NCBI GenBank assembly: GCA_040755315.1
Contig: JBFMBF010000006.1
Coordinates: 1 to 51,453, forward strand
Direction of reading: 5' to 3'
DNA from: Candidatus Hadarchaeota archaeon
GTDB lineage: Archaea; Hadarchaeota; Hadarchaeia; Hadarchaeales; Hadarchaeaceae
DNA length: 51,453 nucleotides
The position numbers and the translations under genes are program-made. Below are positions 1-8,544 of the stretch, in pieces. Below the pieces are notes generated by a model. The model worked only from the letters and a program-made list of their open reading frames with translations, searched no databases and was not told the DNA's origin. Positions within the stretch are counted from its first letter, which is position 1. Each line of letters opens with the position of its first letter.

Positions 1-280
1 CCACCAGCACCTCCTTCATGAACCCGAACTGCTTGTCCCAGAGCACTGAGACGCCTGACATCATTGAAGAAAATATCAAAGTCATCCCGATTATGCCGGG
101 TGCCATGAACTTGATGTAGCTGCCACCCCCCGTAATTGTGAACGCCGAACTGAGTCCAACGCCCACGACCGCCAGCCAGAGGAAGGGCTGGACCACAGAT
201 TGGACCATCCTAATCTTTCCCCTGACGAACCACTTCATCTCCCTGAGCCAGAGGGTGTATATGACCTGAGCTGACGGCAT
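1..280 (-). CDS. ABC-2 type transporter permease (partial, runs off window start)
   Basis: Manual translation from ATG at 280: MPSAQVIYTLWLREMKWFVRGKIRMVQSVVQPFLWL...YIKFMAPGIIGMTLIFSSMMSGVSVLWDKQFGFMKEVLV, a DrrB/ABC-2 permease signature; abuts the ATPase gene. Confidence 0.9.
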   Translation of the reverse strand, partial: MPSAQVIYTLWLREMKWFVRGKIRMVQSVVQPFLWLAVVGVGLSSAFTITGGGSYIKFMAPGIIGMTLIFSSMMSGVSVLWDKQFGFMKEVLV

Positions 281-1273
281 TTATCTCCCCCAGAGAGGGG
301 TAAAGCCCCTTCTTGAGCCGCTCTTTGCTCCTTCGTCCCTGATCATCCTGCCAGTGTATTTTATGAAAACATCTTCAAGGGTCGGCCTGCTGATGCTCAC
401 TTCCAGCACTTGCCCTCCGTGTGACCTGACTGTATCTATGAGCTTTGGAAGGGCCTTTTCCCCGCTGCCAACCTCAATGTGCAGCCTGTCATCCACCATT
501 TTTACTCCCTTCACCAGGCTGTTTCTTCTGAGGATGGGGAGCAATTTTTCCGGTTCCGGAACTTTCATGGAAATTATGTCCCCTTTTAGTTCATCCTTGA
601 GGGCCTCCGGTTTGTTGAGCGCCACTATTTTTCCGTGGTCTATTATGGCCACACGGCCGCAAAGGTAGTCCGCCTCCTCTATGTAATGGGTCGTGAGGAT
701 TATGGTGACTTTTTCTTTCTCGTTAAGCGCTTGGATGTGGTCCCATATGACGCGTCTTGTCTGGGGATCGAGCCCCAGCGTCGGCTCGTCTAAAAAGAGG
801 ATTTTGGGACGGTGCATCAGCCCCCTCGCCATTTCCAGCCTTCGCTTCATACCGCCGGAATATGTCTGCACTAGAACGTCGGCTCGGTTGCTTAGTCCAA
901 CTATTCCCAGCACCTCTTTCACGCGGGCCGCTCGCTCTTCCTTGTTCAAACCATACAGCCGGCCGTGAAAGTCCAGGTTCTCCCTGCCGGTAAGACGGTT
1001 GTCGAGGGATGGTTCCTGAAACACTAACCCAATCGCCCTACGAACGTCGTCGGGCTCTTTTTTGATGTCGAAGTCGGCCACTCTCGCCGTCCCCTTGGTC
1101 AGTGGCAAAATTGTGGACAGCATGTGAATCAGTGTGGTCTTCCCCGCGCCGTTCGGGCCCAGCAGGCCGAAAATCTCGCCGTAATTTATCTTCAGGTTCA
1201 CACGGTTGACTGCTACCAGATTGCCATATTTTTTTACCAAGCTATGTGTTTCTATCGCGCAGCAGGTTTTCAC
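281..1273 (-). CDS. ABC transporter ATP-binding protein (DrrA-like)
   Basis: Walker A GPNGAGKTT, signature YSGGMKRR, Walker B LFLDEPT. Confidence 0.95.
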   Translation of the reverse strand: MKTCCAIETHSLVKKYGNLVAVNRVNLKINYGEIFGLLGPNGAGKTTLIHMLSTILPLTKGTARVADFDIKKEPDDVRRAIGLVFQEPSLDNRLTGRENLDFHGRLYGLNKEERAARVKEVLGIVGLSNRADVLVQTYSGGMKRRLEMARGLMHRPKILFLDEPTLGLDPQTRRVIWDHIQALNEKEKVTIILTTHYIEEADYLCGRVAIIDHGKIVALNKPEALKDELKGDIISMKVPEPEKLLPILRRNSLVKGVKMVDDRLHIEVGSGEKALPKLIDTVRSHGGQVLEVSISRPTLEDVFIKYTGRMIRDEGAKSGSRRGFTPLWGR

Positions 1274-1651
1274 CTAATCCACCCCGAAAATCTCGCGGAG
1301 GAAGTCCCTGAACCCCGTCATCACCTTTCTCCATTCGGAAAACGCCGCCTCTGCCGCTTTTTCTCCCTCGCCGGTGATTTTGTAGTAGCGGCGACTAGGC
1401 CCGCCCGTTTTCTTGGTCGTCCATGTGCTCTTCACGAACCCGAGCTTTTCAAGGCGTCGAAGTATCGGGTACACCGTGCCCGCCTTCGGCACCCACTTTC
1501 CCTTCGTTTTCATCTCGAGTTGCTGAATTATCTCGTAACCGTACATCTCCCCGCCCTTTTTCTTCAGGGCCCAGAGAATCCACATGCTCAGAAGGCCGCG
1601 CTTCATCTCCTTGTGCATGTGAACCCGCCATGCGTCATGTGCGCGCTTCAT
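1274..1651 (-). CDS. PadR family transcriptional regulator
   Basis: YGYEI...GTVYPILRRLEKLG...RRYYKITGEG winged-helix PadR motifs. Confidence 0.93.
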   Translation of the reverse strand: MKRAHDAWRVHMHKEMKRGLLSMWILWALKKKGGEMYGYEIIQQLEMKTKGKWVPKAGTVYPILRRLEKLGFVKSTWTTKKTGGPSRRYYKITGEGEKAAEAAFSEWRKVMTGFRDFLREIFGVD

Positions 1652-1663
1652 GCGGCTTCAACT

Positions 1664-1686
1664 ATGTAGCAACACTATATATATAA
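1664..1686 (-). promoter_or_regulatory. TATA box and candidate PadR operator for the padR-ABC operon
   Basis: TATATATA run ~25 nt upstream of the padR ATG; imperfect inverted repeat ATGTAG-caaca-CTATAT at 1664-1680. Confidence 0.45.
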
Positions 1687-1758
1687 ATGTTGACAAAATG
1701 CCTTCGGGCGCCAAGCTTGAGTTAGCCATAAATCCAACCCCGCTGAATGGGAACCGAT

Positions 1759-1872
1759 ATGACAAAAAACCCGGCCGTGAAAGAGAAAACCAAGCAAATC
1801 TTAGCGCTGCTGCTAGTTGTTCTTTTTATCATATCAATGGTGGCAGCTACAGTAATCTCCCTGATAAAGTGA
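1759..1872 (+). CDS. Small single-pass membrane protein (37 aa)
   Basis: Manual translation MTKNPAVKEKTKQILALLLVVLFIISMVAATVISLIK*: basic N-terminus plus one hydrophobic helix; alternative in-frame ATG at 1747. Confidence 0.6.
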   Translation: MTKNPAVKEKTKQILALLLVVLFIISMVAATVISLIK

Positions 1873-1922
1873 GTCCTCCAGTAGGGTTAAAATGGGCCTG
1901 GAGCAAAGTTGGTGGGATTGAG

Positions 1923-2084
1923 ATGGCGACCTGCACGTCATGTAACAAAGAGGTGGCGCCGGGCGAGGTTGCGGCCCGCTTCCAATGCCCTGGCTGCGGC
2001 TCAAACGAGATATGGCGCTGCGCAAAGTGCCGGCGACTGAGCAACACCTACAAATGTCCAAGCTGCGGGTTCACAGGCCCTTGA
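1923..2084 (+). CDS. Zn-ribbon protein (DUF1610/HVO_2753-like)
   Basis: MATCTSC...FQCPGCG..IWRCAKCRRLSNTYKCPSCGFTGP; this family typically sits upstream of aEF-1beta. Confidence 0.92.
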   Translation: MATCTSCNKEVAPGEVAARFQCPGCGSNEIWRCAKCRRLSNTYKCPSCGFTGP

Positions 2085-2093
2085 GGTGGGGAG

Positions 2094-2351
2094 TTGGCTG
2101 ACGTCGCGGTGGTAATAAGGGTGATGCCGGAAAGCGATGAAGTCAACCTTGACAATCTTGAGAAGATGGTCAGGGAACGCGTGGCTGTCCACTCCGTTTC
2201 CAGAGAGCCAATAGCCTTCGGTCTGGAGGCTCTTCACGTCACAGCGCTGATACAGGACGCGGCTGGAGGGACGGACCCTTTGGAGCAAAAGCTGGCCTCG
2301 ATACCTGGTGTGGGCAACGTCCAGGTCATCAGCCTTACCCGGGTTTTTTGA
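2094..2351 (+). CDS. ef1b: Translation elongation factor aEF-1beta
   Basis: MADVAVVIRVMPES...REPIAFGLEAL...GGTDPLE motif. Confidence 0.95.
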   Translation: MADVAVVIRVMPESDEVNLDNLEKMVRERVAVHSVSREPIAFGLEALHVTALIQDAAGGTDPLEQKLASIPGVGNVQVISLTRVF

Positions 2352-2422
2352 GGGATTTTTTGCATAACGATGGCGCAAACCAGTTACCCCTTTAGGACTT
2401 TGCGACAAATTAAAACGATACC

Positions 2423-3307
2423 TTGAGAAGTGAACTGGCCGAGAGGGCGACAAAAATCTCCATGGCCGCGACCACTTTGCGCGGGCTGGCAGAACTGATT
2501 GTGGCGTTTTTTTCAGGCAGCGTCGCGCTGGTCGCCGCCGCGGTGGATTCTTTTTCAGATACCGTAACCTCGATGATGATCTTGGGCGGGCTTAAAATTT
2601 CAAGGCGACCGGCCGACCGTGGGCATCCATACGGCCATGCGCAGGCGGAGACTTTGGTTTCCTTACTGCTGGCGGCTGCGCTCTTTTTTGGAGGCATTTA
2701 CGTGGCTTTCCTCGCCATTGCTAGGTTTTACTCGGGCACGCCAGTAACGATGGCTTTGGAGGTGTTTTTGGTCGCGTTGCTTGCAATTTTGATTTCAGGA
2801 TTACTTGCTTGGTACAAGATACGCGTGGGGAGGAAGGTCCACAGCATGGCGGTTGTTGCGGACGGTTACAACTCGCTCTCGGATGCTTTGTCTGCAGGTT
2901 CGGTAGCGGCGGGGATGGTCTTTGTATCTTTGGGGTACGCCTGGGTCGATTCGGCCGTTGCACTTGGAATTGCAGGACTGATACTTTACTGGAGCACGGG
3001 GATTGGAAAAAACGCGCTAAACATACTAATGGGCGCGTCTCCTGGGAAAGAGATAATGGAAAAAATAGTGGGGACTTGCTCCGGAGTGCCTGGGGTCGTC
3101 AGCTGCCACAACTTCCGGGCAAGGCGAGTAGGATCCAGGGTATACGCGGATGTGCACATAACGGTCAACCCAAAGATAACTGTTGAAAAGTCGCATGAGA
3201 TAGCTACCGCAGTTGAGCGCAGGTTAAAGGCAAGAATACAGGAATTAACATCGGTGGTGGTCCACGTGGAACCGGCCGGAGGCGAGAAAGTTGGCAAAAA
3301 GCGTTGA
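2423..3307 (+). CDS. Cation diffusion facilitator (FieF-like) transporter
   Basis: SVALVAAAVDSFSD, RPADRGHPYGH, C-terminal VVVHVEP. Confidence 0.92.
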   Translation: MRSELAERATKISMAATTLRGLAELIVAFFSGSVALVAAAVDSFSDTVTSMMILGGLKISRRPADRGHPYGHAQAETLVSLLLAAALFFGGIYVAFLAIARFYSGTPVTMALEVFLVALLAILISGLLAWYKIRVGRKVHSMAVVADGYNSLSDALSAGSVAAGMVFVSLGYAWVDSAVALGIAGLILYWSTGIGKNALNILMGASPGKEIMEKIVGTCSGVPGVVSCHNFRARRVGSRVYADVHITVNPKITVEKSHEIATAVERRLKARIQELTSVVVHVEPAGGEKVGKKR

Positions 3308-4493
3308 ACAGGTCAGGGCTGACATCCCGTTCCTGAAAACTGGAGTCATCTACCTTGACAACGCGGCGACCACTCCTACGCCAGAACCAGTTATCGCCGC
3401 GATGCTCGAGTACTTCCGCGAGTACGGCGCCAACGTGGGCAGGGGGCTCTACCGCGCCACCAGAAAAGCGACTGAAGCCTTTGAGGGTGTCCGGGCGAAA
3501 GTGGCCAAAGTCATCGATGCCGCGCCTGACGAAATAGCTTACACGAAAAACACGACCGAGGGGATCAACCTCGTAGCGCGAGGCCTAGGCCTGAAAAAAG
3601 GAGACAAGGTCATAACAACCGTGCTTGAGCACCACTCAAACATTCTACCCTGGCAGCGCCTTCAGGAAAAGGGTGTGGAACTTGAGATCATCGGGGCCAC
3701 CAAGGAGTGTCTGCTCAGGCCGGAAGATTTCGAGGCCGCAATTGACAAAAACACCCGCCTGATCGCCGCACACCACATATCAAACTCGATTGGCAGCGAG
3801 CAACCTGTCAAAGAAATAGGTAAAATAGCCAGAGAAAACGATGTCCTGTTTCTCCTCGACGCCGCACAATCAGTCGGGCACGCACCAGTAGATGTGAAAA
3901 AAATTGGATGTGATTTTCTTGCGGCGCCAGGCCACAAGGGGCTGCTGGGGCCGCAGGGGACGGGATTCCTTTATTTCAGGAAAGACGTGGGAAAGGAATT
4001 GAAACCCCTGCTTGTCGGGGGGGGCATCGTGCTGGATGTTGAAACCCACAGAGCCAAGCTCGTCGAGCCTCCGGAGGTCTTCGATGCCGGAACGCCAAAC
4101 ATTCCAGGAATAATTGGACTGGGCAGGGCCTGCGACTACACCCTCGAGATAGGGGTGGAAAAAATAGAGGCGAGGGAGAGAAAGCTCACAGAGATGATGA
4201 TGAAAATAAAGGACTTCCCAAACGTCACCGTCTACGGGTCTCCGTCCGTGGACAGAAGGGGCGGCGTGGTAAGCTTCAACATCGCGGGGCTAGGCTTCCA
4301 CGACGTCGCCGCCATGCTGGACGAGCTTGAGAAAATCGCCGTCAGGTCCGGCAACCATTGCGCGCAGCCCACAATGAGGCACCTCGGCATTGGAGGAACA
4401 GCTAGGGCGTCGGTCCACTACTACAACCTTGAGGAAGAGGTTTCGAAGTTCGTCGATGCGGTCGGGGAGATTTCAAAAGAGCTTGGCGGCTGA
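3291..4493 (+). CDS. sufS: Cysteine desulfurase (SufS-like, class V aminotransferase)
   Basis: IYLDNAATT, LDAAQS, APGHKGLLGPQG (PLP Lys), RSGNHCAQP catalytic Cys. Confidence 0.9.
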   Translation: MAKSVEQVRADIPFLKTGVIYLDNAATTPTPEPVIAAMLEYFREYGANVGRGLYRATRKATEAFEGVRAKVAKVIDAAPDEIAYTKNTTEGINLVARGLGLKKGDKVITTVLEHHSNILPWQRLQEKGVELEIIGATKECLLRPEDFEAAIDKNTRLIAAHHISNSIGSEQPVKEIGKIARENDVLFLLDAAQSVGHAPVDVKKIGCDFLAAPGHKGLLGPQGTGFLYFRKDVGKELKPLLVGGGIVLDVETHRAKLVEPPEVFDAGTPNIPGIIGLGRACDYTLEIGVEKIEARERKLTEMMMKIKDFPNVTVYGSPSVDRRGGVVSFNIAGLGFHDVAAMLDELEKIAVRSGNHCAQPTMRHLGIGGTARASVHYYNLEEEVSKFVDAVGEISKELGG

Positions 4494-5519
4494 GCGCCTG
4501 AAACTCCACTTCACCGAAAGCGCCTTTTTTACCTCATCGATCACTGGCGGGCGATTTTCCTTCGGAGGATTGAACCTCTCACCCTGCATTGCCCTCACGA
4601 CATTCACCACTCCCTCGGAAAGGGCGTGGAGGTCGTACCCTCCCTCAAGGAGGAAAACCGCCTTGCCGCCGCAAATTTTCTTGGCCTGGGCGACGACCGC
4701 GGCGGTCATCCAGCCGTAGGAGTCCGATGAGAGCTGGAGGGCGGTAAGTGGGTCCCTGGCGTGAGCGTCGAAACCGGCGGACACCACTACGATCTCGGGC
4801 TGGAACTGCTCGGTCAACGGGAGAAAGAGCTCGCGCATGACGGCCGCATATTCCGCGTCCCCGGCCCCCGGCTGCAGCGGGACGTTGACGTTGCACCCCT
4901 CGCCTCCTCCCGACCCGGTTTCCTCCACATGGCCCGTCCCGGGATAGAGGGTGTGCGGGTGCTGGTGGATTGACATGTATAGGATGCTCGGGTCATCATA
5001 AAAAATGTCCTGCGTCCCGTTCCCGTGGTGAGCGTCCCAGTCCAGGATGAAGGCCCTCTGCAGGCCCCCCTCCCTCAGGCGCTTCACCATCACAGCCACA
5101 TTGTTGAAGTAGCAGAAGCCCCCGCCTCTGGCCTTGGTGGCGTGGTGTCCGGGAGGCCTGATCAACGCAAAAGCATTGTCGTACTTCCCGGAGACCACCA
5201 GCTGCGCCGCCTCTATCGCCCCTCCGGCTGAAAGCAAGGCTATCTCGTATGTGTTGCTGTGCGTTGGGGTGTCTCCGTTTATCGGGCTTTCGGACAAACT
5301 CAGCTTCTTCACCAGCGAGACGTAATCCGGGTCGTGGGCGAGCTCTATGTCTTTCCTGTCCGCCAGCTTTGGCGCAACGACTTTCACATTCTCGGTGTTC
5401 CAAAGCCCAGCCCTCCTGAGGCCGTCGACTATCGCCTGGAGGCGCTGCGGACGCTCGGGGTGGCCCCATCCCGGGTTATGTTCGAGGTATTTCTGAGAGT
5501 AGACCAGCGCTGTTTTCAT
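4473..5519 (-). CDS. Histone deacetylase family protein
   Basis: HPERPQRL, RPPGHHA, GFCYFNN, DWDAHHGNGTQ, SAGFDAH, LEGGY. Confidence 0.95.
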   Translation of the reverse strand: MKTALVYSQKYLEHNPGWGHPERPQRLQAIVDGLRRAGLWNTENVKVVAPKLADRKDIELAHDPDYVSLVKKLSLSESPINGDTPTHSNTYEIALLSAGGAIEAAQLVVSGKYDNAFALIRPPGHHATKARGGGFCYFNNVAVMVKRLREGGLQRAFILDWDAHHGNGTQDIFYDDPSILYMSIHQHPHTLYPGTGHVEETGSGGGEGCNVNVPLQPGAGDAEYAAVMRELFLPLTEQFQPEIVVVSAGFDAHARDPLTALQLSSDSYGWMTAAVVAQAKKICGGKAVFLLEGGYDLHALSEGVVNVVRAMQGERFNPPKENRPPVIDEVKKALSVKWSFRRSAAKLF

Positions 5520-6189
5520 TCTTAACAACAATATCTGCGCGTCTCACCAAATAACACCCGCTTGTGCCATGCCAGACCTTCTTGGCCTCGAGTATCCTGA
5601 TTTTCGACCGGAAGAAGGGCGCATCCAACACAAGCGACTCGTACTCTCCCCCCTCGCCCGCTGGGTTTATGCCGCGCTTTTTCCCAAACTCAACTAGGTC
5701 TTCAATGGCGCTTTTATCTAGCTTTCTACCCAGCCACTCCGGCCCGAGGCCCTCCGCGGCCGCGGCGGTGATGATGATCTCAAATCTCTCGCGAAGCATC
5801 TCACGCAGAAGAATCGCCGGCTCCTTCCCCCAGAGCGGTGCCAGAGATTTAATCCCAAGCCTAGAGCAGATGCGATCTATGTTTCTCTTCTGGTAGGTGG
5901 AGGCGATGGCTCCGCTCACTACGCCGTTTACATTAAGCTCGGAAAGTGCCCCTTCCAGGTCCAGGAGTTCTTCGTCTTTTTCTCCGCTTGTCTCGACCTT
6001 CAAGAGGGGGAATCTCGCACACTCGGCAAAAAGATCCACCAGCCTTATGTTTGGCGTATGATACATCCAAGAATCCTCCCTACGCGAAACCATGGCTACA
6101 AGGCACGATATCTCGTGCCCCTGCCCCATTGCCCGCCAAAGGGCCAAGGCGGAGTCCTTGCCTCCCGAACATAGCGCCGCGAGCCTCAT
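5476..6189 (-). CDS. dph6: Diphthine--ammonia ligase (Dph6, PP-loop ATPase)
   Basis: Start placed at MRLAALCSGGKDS; GAIASTYQ, PLWG, GEGGEYESLVLDAPFF. Confidence 0.9.
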   Translation of the reverse strand: MRLAALCSGGKDSALALWRAMGQGHEISCLVAMVSRREDSWMYHTPNIRLVDLFAECARFPLLKVETSGEKDEELLDLEGALSELNVNGVVSGAIASTYQKRNIDRICSRLGIKSLAPLWGKEPAILLREMLRERFEIIITAAAAEGLGPEWLGRKLDKSAIEDLVEFGKKRGINPAGEGGEYESLVLDAPFFRSKIRILEAKKVWHGTSGCYLVRRADIVVKNENSAGLLSEIPRT

Positions 6190-6243
6190 GCTATCAAAAA
6201 ATATCCTTTTTATCTGTTTAATCACATTAGTCTTGGTGAAATA

Positions 6244-6594
6244 ATGAACGTCAGAATGTACTCGGCGCTGGCGGTGATGGTAGTGGGGATTTTTGCCCTT
6301 CTCGAGGGGTCGAGATTTAACTACGGGATGCCACTGGACATTGTGCTTATTGCTGTTGGGGCGGCTCTCACGCTCAGCTACATTTTCCTGATCGGGGACT
6401 CCTTGGACAAGAAGCTCGGCAACAAGGACGCTTCGCTTCTCACGGTCCTGATCGTGGTTGGCACAGTGCTGCTTTACCAAGCGGGCACGAGGCCGATGCC
6501 GATTGAGCAAAAAGGCATCTTCGGCGCGCTCGGGGCGGCCCTTGTCATAGCCACGGCCCGAATGTTGTTTTCAGGCCACCGCAAAAAGCGATGA
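6244..6594 (+). CDS. Hypothetical membrane protein (about 4 TM)
   Basis: 116-aa ORF with four hydrophobic segments and a GGTGA SD upstream. Confidence 0.75.
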   Translation: MNVRMYSALAVMVVGIFALLEGSRFNYGMPLDIVLIAVGAALTLSYIFLIGDSLDKKLGNKDASLLTVLIVVGTVLLYQAGTRPMPIEQKGIFGALGAALVIATARMLFSGHRKKR

Positions 6595-6605
6595 GATAGT
6601 AAGGC

Positions 6606-7835
6606 TCAAAGACCCATTGCTCTCATCACTCCACTTTTGGCGCCGGCAAAGTACAGGATACACGGAAGCATTATCACGCCCATGCAGTGGGTGCGCTTGA
6701 CGTGAAAAAACGCCGGCAGCATCCCCATGACAGTCGCGGCGCCGTAGACGAGAAGGCCCGCCAAACCAGAATAGAAGACCACCATCCCAGTGACCAGAAC
6801 CAGGACGCTTACGCACAACGGGCGGTACGGCACGGTCTCCATGCGTCTGGCCGCGAGCTTTCCCAGCCTGAGGTTAAGGACGGCGGCTATCCCCCCGGCA
6901 AACAGCGCCACACCGACCAGAAAGACCAGTTCTGCTTCGCCAACTTCCATCATTTCCCCCACGGCAATGGCTGCACCGCTCCTCGCCCGCCCTATCGCGT
7001 AAAGCGCGACAAAGGAAAGGAGGGTCTTTGATGTGTTCACGCTGCTAACGGCGGTCAGGAACTCCTCTTCCCCGCTCGACTTGGTGGCGAGCTGCGCGAG
7101 CACGGTCCCCTGTGAAGGACCTATCGCGGGAATGACCCCTGTTATAACTCCCGCGGTCGTGCCTGCGCACAAGGGTACTATCGTCTGGAGGGCTGGAATT
7201 TCGTCGTCCTCGATGTACTGCTCCGGAAGAGAGCTCCCTTCCACTATGCTGGGGAGGAGAACGCTCGCTCCGAAAAGACCGGACAGAAGGGGCATCAGCG
7301 CCGCATCCCCCCGCAGGATGTTGGTGTCGAGCGCCAGCAGCCCGAGAAGACCTGACATTGCAAAAATCAGGATTGCCCAGAAGATTCTCGTTTTTGATTT
7401 TTCTAGAAATATCATGACCGCGACCACGGCAATCAGCAAAAAATGCATGTTGGGCTGCAGGAACGCGTAGGCCGGGGATACCACAAACAAAAAAGGCAAA
7501 AGAAAGGCGGCGCTCAGCAGCAAGCCGCCGAGGGAGCCCCAAGTCGTGAGCCTGACCGCTTGGTAGCCGCGCCCCTCGAGCAGGAGCCTGTGGGCCGGGA
7601 GGACAGAAAGTTCCGTCCCCGCCTCGGGCGCGCCCAGGAATGTCGAAGGGATGTAGCTGACGAAAACGTTTGTTATTGACATCGCCACGATAAGGGCCGC
7701 TACCCCGAGCGACCCCGACCCTACCGCGAGCGCGACAAAAAATGGGGTTATGTTGTTAACGTGGACGCCGGGGATGAGACCCGTCACTACCCCGAGCCCT
7801 ACACCAGCCAGCGCCAGGGCCACGACCTCGAGCAT
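6606..7835 (-). CDS. Archaeal TctA-family (DUF112) membrane protein
   Basis: GLIPGVHVN, IPSTFLGAP, LSVLPAHRLLLEGRG, RTHCMG motifs. Confidence 0.88.
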   Translation of the reverse strand: MLEVVALALAGVGLGVVTGLIPGVHVNNITPFFVALAVGSGSLGVAALIVAMSITNVFVSYIPSTFLGAPEAGTELSVLPAHRLLLEGRGYQAVRLTTWGSLGGLLLSAAFLLPFLFVVSPAYAFLQPNMHFLLIAVVAVMIFLEKSKTRIFWAILIFAMSGLLGLLALDTNILRGDAALMPLLSGLFGASVLLPSIVEGSSLPEQYIEDDEIPALQTIVPLCAGTTAGVITGVIPAIGPSQGTVLAQLATKSSGEEEFLTAVSSVNTSKTLLSFVALYAIGRARSGAAIAVGEMMEVGEAELVFLVGVALFAGGIAAVLNLRLGKLAARRMETVPYRPLCVSVLVLVTGMVVFYSGLAGLLVYGAATVMGMLPAFFHVKRTHCMGVIMLPCILYFAGAKSGVMRAMGL

Positions 7836-8495
7836 TCAAGCTACCGCCTGCAGGTCGGACGCCCCGGCTACCTTCAGCTCCAGCTCGCCCTTGTACAACT
7901 GCAGCCACCCGCTCGCCCTCAATGTGCCCCCGACGTGAATCTCCGGGATGCCGTCGTCCACTATCCAACTTGAGACGTAGACGGGGAGCTTCGAGCCGTT
8001 CTCCCTCAAAGTGAAGATTACGCTGCCGCTGCCGACTATCTCCCTTTCTGCCACTGTGCCTTGAACCTTGACCGGAGAACCCGCGTTCTCCTTGGTGATG
8101 CCCGATATGCTGAGCGGGGCCGTGTGGATCACCTTCACGTCGCTGGACTCTGCTGGGACGACCTCAAGCTCGTTCCTGTAAATGGTGACCTCCCCCCTAA
8201 CCTCGAGCACGTCCAGCAGTTCTATCGTCTCAAGCTCGGCCCTGGTCCTCGAGAAAATCGGGACGCTCGCGACGCCTCCCGAGGAGTCCCTGAGCTTGAC
8301 AAATAGGTGGTTGTCCCTGCTTTCCTTCAGCTCCATCACCTGCCCGGATATCACCACATTCAGGCCGATGAAGTTGTTGTCGATGCTGGCGATGGAGGTG
8401 AGCTGAGGTCTTGCGGCGGCGGCTGCAGCATATATTGCGGCCAACCCGGCGATTGAACAGGCGAGGCTGATTCTGCCCATTGACTTTTCTTCCAT
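7836..8495 (-). CDS. Membrane-anchored tandem OB-fold protein
   Basis: N-terminal TM followed by two OB-fold repeats (V.G.V...Y.GELE). Confidence 0.8.
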   Translation of the reverse strand: MEEKSMGRISLACSIAGLAAIYAAAAAARPQLTSIASIDNNFIGLNVVISGQVMELKESRDNHLFVKLRDSSGGVASVPIFSRTRAELETIELLDVLEVRGEVTIYRNELEVVPAESSDVKVIHTAPLSISGITKENAGSPVKVQGTVAEREIVGSGSVIFTLRENGSKLPVYVSSWIVDDGIPEIHVGGTLRASGWLQLYKGELELKVAGASDLQAVA

Positions 8496-8544
8496 TTCCC
8501 CCGCCGGAGCTTTGGGTGAACCGGCTTTATAAAGGAGAAAAACA

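Noticed and set aside
2375..2405. CGCAAA...TTTGCG inverted repeat as a metal-regulator site upstream of the CDF gene
   Set aside because: Only 6-bp arms with a long spacer; expected by chance
6190..6510. N-terminal extension of Dph6 in the ORF track
   Set aside because: It is the antisense of the 6244-6594 membrane gene; family motifs begin at 6189
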